From assembly GCA_016840855.1 (NCBI GenBank), contig JAEORO010000057.1, positions 1 to 30,865 of the forward strand: a stretch of DNA of 30,865 nucleotides. The letters are read 5' to 3'. How positions within the stretch are numbered: the stretch's first letter is position 1; every line of letters starts with the position of its first letter. This document shows, one piece after another, positions 1 to 8,145 of the stretch. The position numbers were made by a program, and so were the translations under genes. The stretch comes from Candidatus Thorarchaeota archaeon (GTDB taxonomy: Archaea > Asgardarchaeota > Thorarchaeia > Thorarchaeales > Thorarchaeaceae). The notes below the pieces were generated by a model, which saw only the letters and a list, made by a program, of their open reading frames with translations, ran no database searches and had not been told where the DNA came from.

Positions 1-2
1 AG

Positions 3-173
3 GATGACCTGCGACGAAAAGACTTCGAACCTTGGGACTCGATGGCTCATTTAGTTATTGTGAGTGAGATTGAGAATGAGTTTGAGATATTTTTCGATGA
101 TGAGGAAGTCGTTGATCTCTGGACTGTGGGTGACATCAAGAAGACACTCGGAAGTAAACTAAGTCCTAAGTAA
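3..173 (+). CDS. Acyl carrier protein (phosphopantetheine-binding), 5'-truncated by the window edge
   Basis: Not in the ORF track. Manual translation from nt 3: DDLRRKDFEPWDSMAHLVIVSEIENEFEIFFDDEEVVDLWTVGDIKKTLGSKLSPK*. It has the WDS motif (Ppant-attachment Ser), E-x-E-F-x-I helix II and a TVGD helix IV start, all typical of ACPs. Confidence 0.88.
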   Translation, partial: DDLRRKDFEPWDSMAHLVIVSEIENEFEIFFDDEEVVDLWTVGDIKKTLGSKLSPK

Positions 174-229
174 TTCTTGCAATCAGTTCTGGTATCCTAA
201 ATGATTGCAATAAAACTCAACTCGTTTCA

Positions 230-1717
230 TCAAGAGATTGGAAACCTGGCTTTAGCTTTGAGCTCAGAAACCCAATCAGCGAGGTATCTCACCCCAGGGT
301 CCTCTGCAAGCCGGCTGACCTTGAAGAGCAGCTCTTCGGCTTCTTCCTTTCTCCCTTGGATTAGACGGAGCTTTGCTTTCAGTAACAGTAGTCGACCCTC
401 AATTCCAGGGATGTCCTTCTCAGCAACTTCCTGCTCAAGTCGTTTCATCCAAGGTCCAGAATACTCATCTTTCTGAGGTGAGGTATAAAGAGCAATCTCA
501 CACTCAGTCAATGCACAAAGCGTGTCGTTCATTCGCCTTTGTCGTTCAATTCTCTCAGCGATTTCAAAAGCTCTCTCAAGGCTTTCCATCGCCTCGAGAG
601 GTCGTCCCTCCACCATTTCTAATAAGCCCCAGTTGAAATACTCAACTAGAAGATGAAACTCATCACCCGTCTTCAACAGTATCTTCCTTGCTTCATTCAG
701 ATATGTCTTAGCTTCATCTAGACGCCCTAGGTTCAGGAGAGATCTTGCAACATCAAAATATGCTAGGGGAAAAGCCCATGGGGTACTCATTGTTTTAATA
801 GCCATCTTTCCCCATTCCAATGCCTCTTCATATTCACGGATCTCATTAAGATTAACTGCCATGCTGTGAGGTATTTCACCCATTGTCGGTTCTCCAGCTT
901 TTTCCGCAAGGTCAATTAATCCTTGATAACAATCCAGAACCGCACTATACTCACCCCGCGCACTGTGAATTTGTCCTCTGATTCTGAGTGAATGAAAAAT
1001 CGATGAGGCCAAACCAAGTTTGTTAGCCAACTCATCAGCCTTTGAAACAAGCTGAAATACTCTGGTCGGTTCATGGCTTCTCAGAAGGAGAGCAATTAAA
1101 TTCAGCGCGTTGGACGCACTTACTTGGTCATCAAACTGAAGGGCACATTCATAACTCTCTGTCATGATTCGGGCTGCTTCTTGGCTGTCAACACGGACAT
1201 ATTGAAACGCTTGGACCTCCAGATAGAAAGTATTGAAACAAGCGAGTGCTTCACAATTCTCCATGAGTTGCTTCATCTTGTCTAGAGCATCAATATAGTA
1301 AGGATGGAAACGTCCCAGAATATCTCCGATTTCTGCAGCAAGATGATGCATATGTAATGCAATCCAATCATCAGGATTCGAACTGAGAACCAAATCAATG
1401 GCTGATTTAGCTTCATCATATAAACTAGGCATCTCACCATATTTCGCGTCCCTGAATAACAAATAGGGACGAGCCAATAGTGATTGGTAATGCTTTTCCC
1501 TCAAGCGTTCATAAATTCTAAAATTTTCGAGTAAGGTAGTGTGTATCGCAGCAAGATGGATTAGGTTATCTGTTGATTTCTCAGTACAAACCCGTTCAAC
1601 CAGTCGATCTGTAAAATCATAGTAGTTATACGCTGAATCCATGATGGACTCCAGTATCCTTCTAGTTTCATCATCAACGAATGAGAAGTACTTGGTTATA
1701 GTGCCTAGAGACTTCAT
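230..1717 (-). CDS. Large tetratricopeptide-repeat (TPR-like) helical protein
   Basis: 495 aa, all-helical, with TPR-like patterns (RGQIHSARGEYSAVLDCY, LNEIREYEEALEWGKMA, LLNLGRLDEAKTYLNEA, GRPLEAMESLERA). The N-terminus GTITKYFSFVDDETRR resembles, from recollection, an expanded Thorarchaeota family. Confidence 0.8.
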   Translation of the reverse strand: MKSLGTITKYFSFVDDETRRILESIMDSAYNYYDFTDRLVERVCTEKSTDNLIHLAAIHTTLLENFRIYERLREKHYQSLLARPYLLFRDAKYGEMPSLYDEAKSAIDLVLSSNPDDWIALHMHHLAAEIGDILGRFHPYYIDALDKMKQLMENCEALACFNTFYLEVQAFQYVRVDSQEAARIMTESYECALQFDDQVSASNALNLIALLLRSHEPTRVFQLVSKADELANKLGLASSIFHSLRIRGQIHSARGEYSAVLDCYQGLIDLAEKAGEPTMGEIPHSMAVNLNEIREYEEALEWGKMAIKTMSTPWAFPLAYFDVARSLLNLGRLDEAKTYLNEARKILLKTGDEFHLLVEYFNWGLLEMVEGRPLEAMESLERAFEIAERIERQRRMNDTLCALTECEIALYTSPQKDEYSGPWMKRLEQEVAEKDIPGIEGRLLLLKAKLRLIQGRKEEAEELLFKVSRLAEDPGVRYLADWVSELKAKARFPIS

Positions 1718-1760
1718 GGAAATTCAATTAATAGATATTATCGCCTCTCTGGTATAAATC

Positions 1761-1829
1761 GTTCCAATTTCGGAAATCACTGGTGATCTCAGAAGATAAG
1801 ACTTCGAACCATAGGACTTGATGAATCAA
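1761..1829 (+). pseudogene. Decayed fragment of an ACP gene, homologous to nt 3-50
   Basis: Translates as VPISEITGDLRR*DFEP*DLMNQ versus DDLRRKDFEPWDSMAH in the intact ACP. 36/48 nt are identical without gaps (1782-1829 vs 3-50, manual count). Two in-frame stops, and the catalytic Ser codon TCG is now TTG. Confidence 0.75.
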
Positions 1830-2269
1830 TTCTTTGGTTCAAGCTTCTGTACAGCACGTGCTGGATTTCCAGCGACGAGTGTCAGTGGTGGGACATCCTT
1901 ATTCACTACTGCACCTGCGGCAACAATAGCTCCCTCTCCTACAGTGACACCAGGAAGAACAATGGCTCCTGCCGCGAGCCAGGCTCCCTTTCCAATAACA
2001 ACTTTCTTTGGTCCCTCGTGAAAGATACGTCTTCTCTGGTGATACGGACTTGCACCTGAATGAGCCATAATCTTTGCACCTGGACCAATGCTGGCCCAAT
2101 CTTGAATCTCAATATATTCTGGATATTCACCATCAATCATGACCAAGAATCCCATGTAAACACCTCTCCCGACTTTCACACCACATCTCCTGTAGACACT
2201 TGCACGAAACTGGTATGACGGTGCAATCCAGGCTAGTATACGGAGGAATCTCCCAAGCAGTTTTCCCAT
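1826..2269 (-). CDS. Hexapeptide-repeat (left-handed beta-helix) O-acyltransferase, maltose/galactoside acetyltransferase-like
   Basis: VVIGKGAWLAAGAIVLPGVTVGEGAIVAAGAVVNKDVPP...VAGNPAR signature. Confidence 0.9.
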   Translation of the reverse strand: MGKLLGRFLRILAWIAPSYQFRASVYRRCGVKVGRGVYMGFLVMIDGEYPEYIEIQDWASIGPGAKIMAHSGASPYHQRRRIFHEGPKKVVIGKGAWLAAGAIVLPGVTVGEGAIVAAGAVVNKDVPPLTLVAGNPARAVQKLEPKN

Positions 2270-2275
2270 CTCAAA

Positions 2276-3193
2276 TCACCTAACTCCTCTTCTCCATAAG
2301 ACTCTTCTCAAATAATCTGAGAAGACCCAATTATCAATATCACCAGTTAGGAGAAGACAGAATTTGCTATCACTTTTCCATTTCTTATGAGAATTCCAGT
2401 ATTTCACTGCCTCTGTTGGAGTTGTACACCATGCCTCGAGGCTCTGTGCATGTTCAAACAGAGTCTCAAGACATCCAAGGTACTTCTTTTGCCCGATCCT
2501 GATTGGATGAAGATCGAACATGATTACTCCTCCAGTGGGTGCTACTTTTACAATCTCCCTCTTCAATACTCTGGACACGCTATCGGGGTCCATCCGCTTT
2601 CGATCAATCATAACATCATCACTCCAGACATTAAGTGGGATATAAGTAACACTTGACATCCGACCATGAACTTCCATTTGGAAGAAATGAGTCATCTCTC
2701 TATACTGGGGTCGGAATCCAAACCCTCCATCCCAAACAAGACCCGCATGTTCCAATAATACAGGCATATCGTCAGTGTAATTGTCATAGGGTGCCCTGAA
2801 CCCAGTTATTTGAACTCCTAGTTTTCTGAAAACCTGAAGACTTAGTAGCAAGTCTGTCTGTCTTGCTTGAGCGCTTATTGTAGGATATCTTATATGGTTA
2901 TACCCATGGCTTGCTACCTCATGGCCTTCCTCTTCGATTTGTTTGATTAGATCTGGATTCATTTTTGCTATTGCAGCAACTGTGGGAAAAGCAAAACGTG
3001 CATTGAATTCATCCAGAACGCTAAACATGTTGTTCAGAATTGTATTGAAAGAGGTCCGGTGGAGCTTAAGCATACGATAAAACTGCCTTGGGGCTTGTAA
3101 TCCCCATTTCTTACCAAGTTGTCCAATATAGCTCGAATCTGACAATATTTCCACCGTTGTTAAGTTGCATTTTAGCTTGGAGGAGTCTTTCAA
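2276..3193 (-). CDS. Polysaccharide deacetylase (CE4/NodB-like), apparently circularly permuted
   Basis: GHEVASHGYNH metal motif, GFRAPY, and IMFDLHP. A motif-1-like LLLTGDID lies at the C-terminus. Confidence 0.85.
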   Translation of the reverse strand: MKDSSKLKCNLTTVEILSDSSYIGQLGKKWGLQAPRQFYRMLKLHRTSFNTILNNMFSVLDEFNARFAFPTVAAIAKMNPDLIKQIEEEGHEVASHGYNHIRYPTISAQARQTDLLLSLQVFRKLGVQITGFRAPYDNYTDDMPVLLEHAGLVWDGGFGFRPQYREMTHFFQMEVHGRMSSVTYIPLNVWSDDVMIDRKRMDPDSVSRVLKREIVKVAPTGGVIMFDLHPIRIGQKKYLGCLETLFEHAQSLEAWCTTPTEAVKYWNSHKKWKSDSKFCLLLTGDIDNWVFSDYLRRVLWRRGVR

Positions 3194-3276
3194 AAGGATT
3201 ACGACAAGAAGCTTCTTGTTGTAATTTATGGTAACACTTATGCGAGAACAATAAGAACTATCGCTAAGGTGAGTCT

Positions 3277-3681
3277 ATGAAACTCAGTCATATAGGTATC
3301 ATCGTGAAGGATATCGAAGAGGGTATTAGGAATCACGAAGCGCTCTTTGGATACAAGCAGCTTAGCCCAATCGTGGATGATCATACTCAGAAAGTCCGAG
3401 TTGTCTTATTGGGTCACTCAGAGGACGCTCCTGTTAAGATTGAATTGATATCTCCTCTCACTGACGACTCCCCTGTTTCAGACCTGCTTAGGAAACGACA
3501 GGCACTGTATCATTTATGCTATTCAGTGCCAGATATTGAGGACGCAAAATCGAAAGCACGCCAGAGTGGCGCTACTGTAATTGCAAAACCAGTTGAGGCA
3601 TCACTCTTTAACAACCGAAAGATCTGTTTTCTATTCACTAAGGATCATTATGTGATTGAACTTGTTGAAGATGAACATTGA
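3277..3681 (+). CDS. VOC/glyoxalase family protein (methylmalonyl-CoA epimerase-like)
   Basis: LSHIGIIVKDIE...IELISP...LYHLCYSVPDIE...IELVE, giving the His/Glu/His/Glu VOC ligand set. Confidence 0.88.
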   Translation: MKLSHIGIIVKDIEEGIRNHEALFGYKQLSPIVDDHTQKVRVVLLGHSEDAPVKIELISPLTDDSPVSDLLRKRQALYHLCYSVPDIEDAKSKARQSGATVIAKPVEASLFNNRKICFLFTKDHYVIELVEDEH

Positions 3682-3689
3682 TCTTCTCT

Positions 3690-4601
3690 TTATTTTTGAG
3701 CAACGAATACCTTCGAGAAGAGATCGAAAAGGGGTTCAACGTATGTGGTGTTAATATCCGAATAGATATAATTACACATTTCAATGAACCGAGTTGCGCG
3801 CTCGTCAGCAAACTCGTCAATCCCTATGATTTTCCTCGCTCTCTTTGTAATGTCCTTCACTAGTCCTTTTGCGCTCTTGTCTTCTTCAAAGATGTCTGTT
3901 GTATCTTGTTCAATTCTTTTTAACTGGCTCTTGACACGAATGTCCGAAACATCATCAGCCCCAAAGCTCTTCACCACATCCATGAGAACATCTAGAATAC
4001 CATTATGTAGACCAGCGACCAGAGCTTCAATTTCATATGCAGTGAACCGAACCGTAGTACTCTCCCCACTAAGTTGCCATTTCAGGTCACTGCTCCTACT
4101 AACTGTTATTTGCCTTTGACCCACACTAATGATTTCATCGAAGAATCTTGATTCAATACTGCTCTTGATTGAAGTCTTTAGAATGGCGGCTTCGGGAAGT
4201 CTTAGCTGTATTGAGTTTCCTCCATTTGTGACAACAAGACACATCCCATCAGAAGGTGTTATCTTCTTGACATAATCGGAGGGTGGTGCAACCTCAACTG
4301 GTGGTAGATGTTTCAAACGTTCAGCTAATTGTCGAATTTCAGGTTCAGTACAAATGTAGGTTTGCCGGTCTCCTGAAATCGAAATCGTTCCATCATCAGC
4401 TCGTTCAAATGTGATTTTGTTTCCTCCACCGACATCTGTGGTCTTCAGATATTCCTGTTTATAGCTGCGTGCAGTCTGTGCAAGTTTATCCAAAGCTGCG
4501 GCAACCATATGGGCTTCTCCATAACCCAATGTGATTTCTGCAGTCCCCTCGGTTCCGCGGCCCAAACCAAGGGCACCATCTTTCCGTATCTTTATGTACA
4601 C
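3690..4601 (-). CDS. Hypothetical protein with four beta-rich/helix repeats (possibly PC4/Whirly/PUR-like) and a helical C-terminal domain
   Basis: Long ORF; likely GTG start at 4601 after a GGTGG RBS-like site. Recurrent motif: ITLGYGEAHMVAAAL / YICTEPEIRQLAERL / IQLRLPEAAILKTSI / VRFTAYEIEALVAGL. Confidence 0.7.
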   Translation of the reverse strand: MYIKIRKDGALGLGRGTEGTAEITLGYGEAHMVAAALDKLAQTARSYKQEYLKTTDVGGGNKITFERADDGTISISGDRQTYICTEPEIRQLAERLKHLPPVEVAPPSDYVKKITPSDGMCLVVTNGGNSIQLRLPEAAILKTSIKSSIESRFFDEIISVGQRQITVSRSSDLKWQLSGESTTVRFTAYEIEALVAGLHNGILDVLMDVVKSFGADDVSDIRVKSQLKRIEQDTTDIFEEDKSAKGLVKDITKRARKIIGIDEFADERATRFIEMCNYIYSDINTTYVEPLFDLFSKVFVAQK

Positions 4602-4710
4602 GACCGTCCACCATTTGAAACTAGGTTTTGCTTGCTGAAAACTATTGTGGCGATTTCGGTCCACAACAGAATGGTCATTAGAAGTCTAATTGATGAGGTC
4701 ACCTGGTGCT

Positions 4711-4890
4711 ATGACAGAAGAATCAACTCCTGAAAACATTATAGATGTCCCTGAAGCTAATCATGAAGTAATGGTCTGCCCCTTTACGAAAGGTAGGTGG
4801 AAGAAGGCTAGTGATGCTCTTATGTTTTTCATGATTTTTATAGCGCCAATTCTATTTCTGGTGTCTCTAATCATAACTAACCTGAACTAA
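4711..4890 (+). CDS. Small single-pass membrane protein
   Basis: 59 aa from ATG 4711, acidic N-terminus, C-terminal TM helix ALMFFMIFIAPILFLVSLII. Confidence 0.55.
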   Translation: MTEESTPENIIDVPEANHEVMVCPFTKGRWKKASDALMFFMIFIAPILFLVSLIITNLN

Positions 4891-4907
4891 TCAGCTAAGA
4901 AGTCGTG

Positions 4908-4932
4908 TGCAGAAGGCGTTTTACCTTCTGCA
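4908..4932. terminator. Hairpin between convergent genes (possible bidirectional terminator)
   Basis: TGCAGAAGG-cgtttta-CCTTCTGCA, a perfect 9-bp inverted repeat. Confidence 0.55.
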
Positions 4933-4942
4933 GTTATTGATA

Positions 4943-5302
4943 CTAAATTGAGTCTTTGACATCAAAAGCGAGAGTACCTGCTTCCTTTGTCTTGAGTGAA
5001 ATATCTATTGTATGCTCGCCTTCAGGAAGAGCATCTCCCGTGATGTGTATCTCTATTTCCACACCTACTTTGATTGGGAATGAGTTTTCCTCACTAATTT
5101 CAGATCCTTTGACTTCTCCATCTATTGATCTGATAATTGTTGAGTCAAGCGGGTACTCATTACCGTTCACCTTGATTGGTGCTACTGCAGTAGTAGTTCC
5201 TGGTGATAATGAATTTTTGAGTTTAAAGGAGAAACCATCCTCGACATTCTCGAGGCTTCCTTTGATGTATAGCTTCCTTAGGAGGAAAGCTGGGATTTGC
5301 AT
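4943..5302 (-). CDS. Conserved hypothetical beta-sandwich protein
   Basis: ATG 5302 with GGAGG RBS. IPAFLLRKLYIKGSLEN...GFSFKLKN...LPEGEHTIDI pattern suggests an Ig-like fold; function unknown. Confidence 0.7.
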   Translation of the reverse strand: MQIPAFLLRKLYIKGSLENVEDGFSFKLKNSLSPGTTTAVAPIKVNGNEYPLDSTIIRSIDGEVKGSEISEENSFPIKVGVEIEIHITGDALPEGEHTIDISLKTKEAGTLAFDVKDSI

Positions 5303-5461
5303 TTGTATTATAGCCTCCAACTATTTCTGTTTACGCCAACACTTTAAGCCAGCTTTTATAATTTCCGAAGTCACCTCGCACTAAATTTCTGTGTGTTTTC
5401 TCTACTTAAAACACTGCGGCCTTTCTAACAAAAGTAATAAGCCCTCAAGCATCGGCTGTAA

Positions 5462-5860
5462 TTGAAACACCACCTTCAAGGAGAGATATGGTCGCTGTTC
5501 GACTTCTTCAGTATATTCGATAATTTTTTCGGATCATTCACGTTATTGTTTACTTTCATCATGGTTTTTGTCATCGTTATAGTGATTGTTGTTGTTGTCT
5601 TTGCATGCAAAGCAGGTTCGGGCATTGCATCAAGTGTGGCACGCGGTTTTAAAATCGAAGCCCCGTCATTTGTCATTCCTGAGAGGTATCGAGGTGAAAG
5701 GCGTTCTGACGGGTCTGAAATACGAACTGTACGGCTCCCGGATCGGTGCCCTTCATGTGGAGCTGCAACAAGCCATGAAGGTATTGACTGGACAGGCCCT
5801 CTCGAGGCAAAGTGCAACTACTGTGGTGGAACTCTGAAGGCAACATTTGAACGAGTTTAG
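5462..5860 (+). CDS. Membrane-anchored zinc-ribbon protein
   Basis: N-terminal TM helix; C-terminal CPSCG...CNYCG. Start codon uncertain. Confidence 0.7.
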   Translation: MKHHLQGEIWSLFDFFSIFDNFFGSFTLLFTFIMVFVIVIVIVVVVFACKAGSGIASSVARGFKIEAPSFVIPERYRGERRSDGSEIRTVRLPDRCPSCGAATSHEGIDWTGPLEAKCNYCGGTLKATFERV

Positions 5861-6027
5861 AAAAATCCACTCCACCACCAATCAGACACATGTTTATCAT
5901 TTTTAATGATAGATAATGATGAGGACATCAGAGTGTAATATATATCCAAATATGAGGAAGCTTTTTCACTTGCCTGTCACGTCACATTAATCGAACCAGC
6001 GCCGCCGACTCGTACGAGGATAACCCA

Positions 6028-6303
6028 ATGGTCAATGCACTCGAAATGCAAGAGGATGGTACATCACTCTCTGTAGATATCAATAGAGAGAGCTTGTTAC
6101 CAGATCGAGTCTTTTGCATTGTAGATGACACAAACAAGAATGTGTACATCTGGTTGGGAAAAGAAGCTAATGTTCGAAAGCGATTCGTTGGAGCGCAAAC
6201 AGCAAGTAAAATACGTGGAGAATTAAGTACTGGTTTTAGGGTTCGTTCATTGGACCAAGGAGACGAGACCGCGGATTTTTTCAACTCATTGACGCGTGAT
6301 TGA
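6028..6303 (+). CDS. Single-domain gelsolin/villin-family protein (Asgard eukaryotic signature protein)
   Basis: LLPDRVFCIVDD...VYIWLGKEANVRKRFVG...DQGDETADFFNSL matches the gelsolin core (D-x-F-x-L-D, IYxWxG, QGxE-x-x-x-F). Confidence 0.88.
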   Translation: MVNALEMQEDGTSLSVDINRESLLPDRVFCIVDDTNKNVYIWLGKEANVRKRFVGAQTASKIRGELSTGFRVRSLDQGDETADFFNSLTRD

Positions 6304-6377
6304 CACAATACTAGGTCTCTAGTCACAGCCACAAGATTCTATAGAGCATCAGATATCAGACGTTAGAGGTCGCAACT

Positions 6378-7421
6378 TTGAGAGGACTAATGAAGACCGC
6401 CCGTGGTGTTGGAAATTTAGAGCTTTGGGAACTTGAAGTTCCAAAACCCAAAAGAGATGAGGTCTTGATTGAGGTGGCAGCAGCTGGTCTATGTGGCACT
6501 GATATTCATATTAAACATGACCAAGCATTCTACACTCCTCCTGTCGTTCTGGGCCATGAATATTCAGGGACTGTCATTGAAGTTGGGTCAGATGTGACAT
6601 CTGTGAATGTTGGAGCTCCAGTAGTATCTCCTGCAACAGCATACTGTGGCAAATGCTATCAATGTAAAACTGGTCACATGAATCGGTGTACTGCTGAAGA
6701 CAAAAGAATCCTTGGCACATCACGGGCAAATGGTGCATTCGCAAAATACCTTGTTGTACCAGATTATATTGTTCATCAAGTCCCTAAAGGAGTATCCATG
6801 GAAGAAGCTGCACTGGCTGAACCATTGGCTTGTGTGGTTCATTCTGTGATTGATACAACTCCAATTTGCCCAGGTGATGTTGTCGTTGTTCAGGGTCCCG
6901 GTACTATGGGTCTTATGGCAACTCAGGTGGCAAAGGCAATGGGTGCCGGAAAAGTAATAGTAACTGGTATGACCAGTGACCAATGGCGCTTTGATATAGC
7001 AAAGAGAATTGGCGCAGATATGACAATTGATGTTCAGGGACAAGAAGACCCAATTGATATAATTAAAGCTGAAACTGATGGTCGTGGAGCTGATGCTGTC
7101 ATCGAAGCATCTGGCGCTTGCATAGCTTGTACACAAGCCCTAGACTTCGTGAAGGTTGCTGGACATGTAACACTCCTAGGTGTACGTGGGCGTCCAGCTA
7201 CTATAGATCTGGATCCTATTGTCATAAAGGAACTCACAATGTCAGGAACTTGGGGCACTCTTCCTGCTACATGGGTCACTACACTTCGATTGATGTCGTC
7301 TCGAAAAGTGGATGTATCGCCGCTTATCACACATAGAATCTCACTCTCAGAATGGCAGGACGGCTTTGAGCTAATGGAAAGCCAAAAAGCAATCAAGGTC
7401 CTCTTCACAAAGTTTGAGTGA
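6378..7421 (+). CDS. Zinc-dependent medium-chain dehydrogenase (threonine/sorbitol dehydrogenase-like)
   Basis: GLCGTDIH, LGHEYSG, structural-Zn CGKCYQC...C, GPGTMG nucleotide-binding motif. Confidence 0.92.
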   Translation: MRGLMKTARGVGNLELWELEVPKPKRDEVLIEVAAAGLCGTDIHIKHDQAFYTPPVVLGHEYSGTVIEVGSDVTSVNVGAPVVSPATAYCGKCYQCKTGHMNRCTAEDKRILGTSRANGAFAKYLVVPDYIVHQVPKGVSMEEAALAEPLACVVHSVIDTTPICPGDVVVVQGPGTMGLMATQVAKAMGAGKVIVTGMTSDQWRFDIAKRIGADMTIDVQGQEDPIDIIKAETDGRGADAVIEASGACIACTQALDFVKVAGHVTLLGVRGRPATIDLDPIVIKELTMSGTWGTLPATWVTTLRLMSSRKVDVSPLITHRISLSEWQDGFELMESQKAIKVLFTKFE

Positions 7422-7438
7422 AGATGGAAGGTGTGTAA

Positions 7439-7789
7439 ATGTATCTAACAAAGGATTCTAACCCTGAAGAATACGAGGTCTATGATGCTTCTGGAGTGAA
7501 AGGTGTCCGACGAAAGCAATTTCTCAACTCTGAAAACTCATCAAAGAAATTCGCGATGCGTGCTTACCTTATTGAGCCCAGAGGTCACACAGCTTATGAT
7601 GTCCATTCGCATGAACATGGAGTTTACATACTAAGTGGAAAAGTAACTGTTAAGATAGGAGCTAAGGAACTACTTCTATGTCCCGGGGATGTCCTTCATA
7701 TCAGTGGGAATGAACCTCACCAGTTCTTCAACAATCACTCGGAACCTGTGAAATTCCTGTGTGTTCGAGATTTCACTTCTTCTCCCTAG
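7439..7789 (+). CDS. Cupin domain protein
   Basis: HSHEHGVYILSG...PGDVLHISGNEPHQFFN. Confidence 0.88.
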   Translation: MYLTKDSNPEEYEVYDASGVKGVRRKQFLNSENSSKKFAMRAYLIEPRGHTAYDVHSHEHGVYILSGKVTVKIGAKELLLCPGDVLHISGNEPHQFFNNHSEPVKFLCVRDFTSSP

Positions 7790-8126
7790 GTGCCCAAACA
7801 TCAAGACAGTCTTGCACAGTAGCTACGTGTGATGCCGCTGGTCCTCCACCCATGACTATTGCAACCGAACACGCTTCCATAATCTCATCTCTCGTCGCCC
7901 CAAGTGTTAATGCCTGCTTAGTATGATACACCATACACTCTTCACAAGGCGCGAGTACGGAAGCCACAATGCAGATTATCTCTTTGAACTTGGCTGAAAG
8001 GGCACCATCTTTATGAACTGCCTTCTGGAGGTCTGTGAATGCATTTCTTGTATCAGGAATATCTCGGTTAAGTGCACCAAAGTGTTTCATGAAACTTTTC
8101 AGCGTCTTTTCTACATCTTCTGTCAT
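7773..8126 (-). CDS. Carboxymuconolactone decarboxylase/AhpD-like protein
   Basis: GALSAKFKEII...PCEECMVYH...GATRDEIMEA...MGGGPA. Start reassigned to ATG 8126 (MTEDVEK) so that it does not overlap lplA. Confidence 0.88.
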   Translation of the reverse strand: MTEDVEKTLKSFMKHFGALNRDIPDTRNAFTDLQKAVHKDGALSAKFKEIICIVASVLAPCEECMVYHTKQALTLGATRDEIMEACSVAIVMGGGPAASHVATVQDCLDVWAPREKK

Positions 8127-8145
8127 TGAACTATCCTCAAATTCA

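Noticed and set aside
5480-5523. Out-of-frame ATG (5488) after a GGAGAG site, suggesting a frameshift or uORF in the zinc-ribbon gene
   Set aside because: It gives only an 11-codon ORF; in-frame TTG/CTG starts explain the gene adequately.
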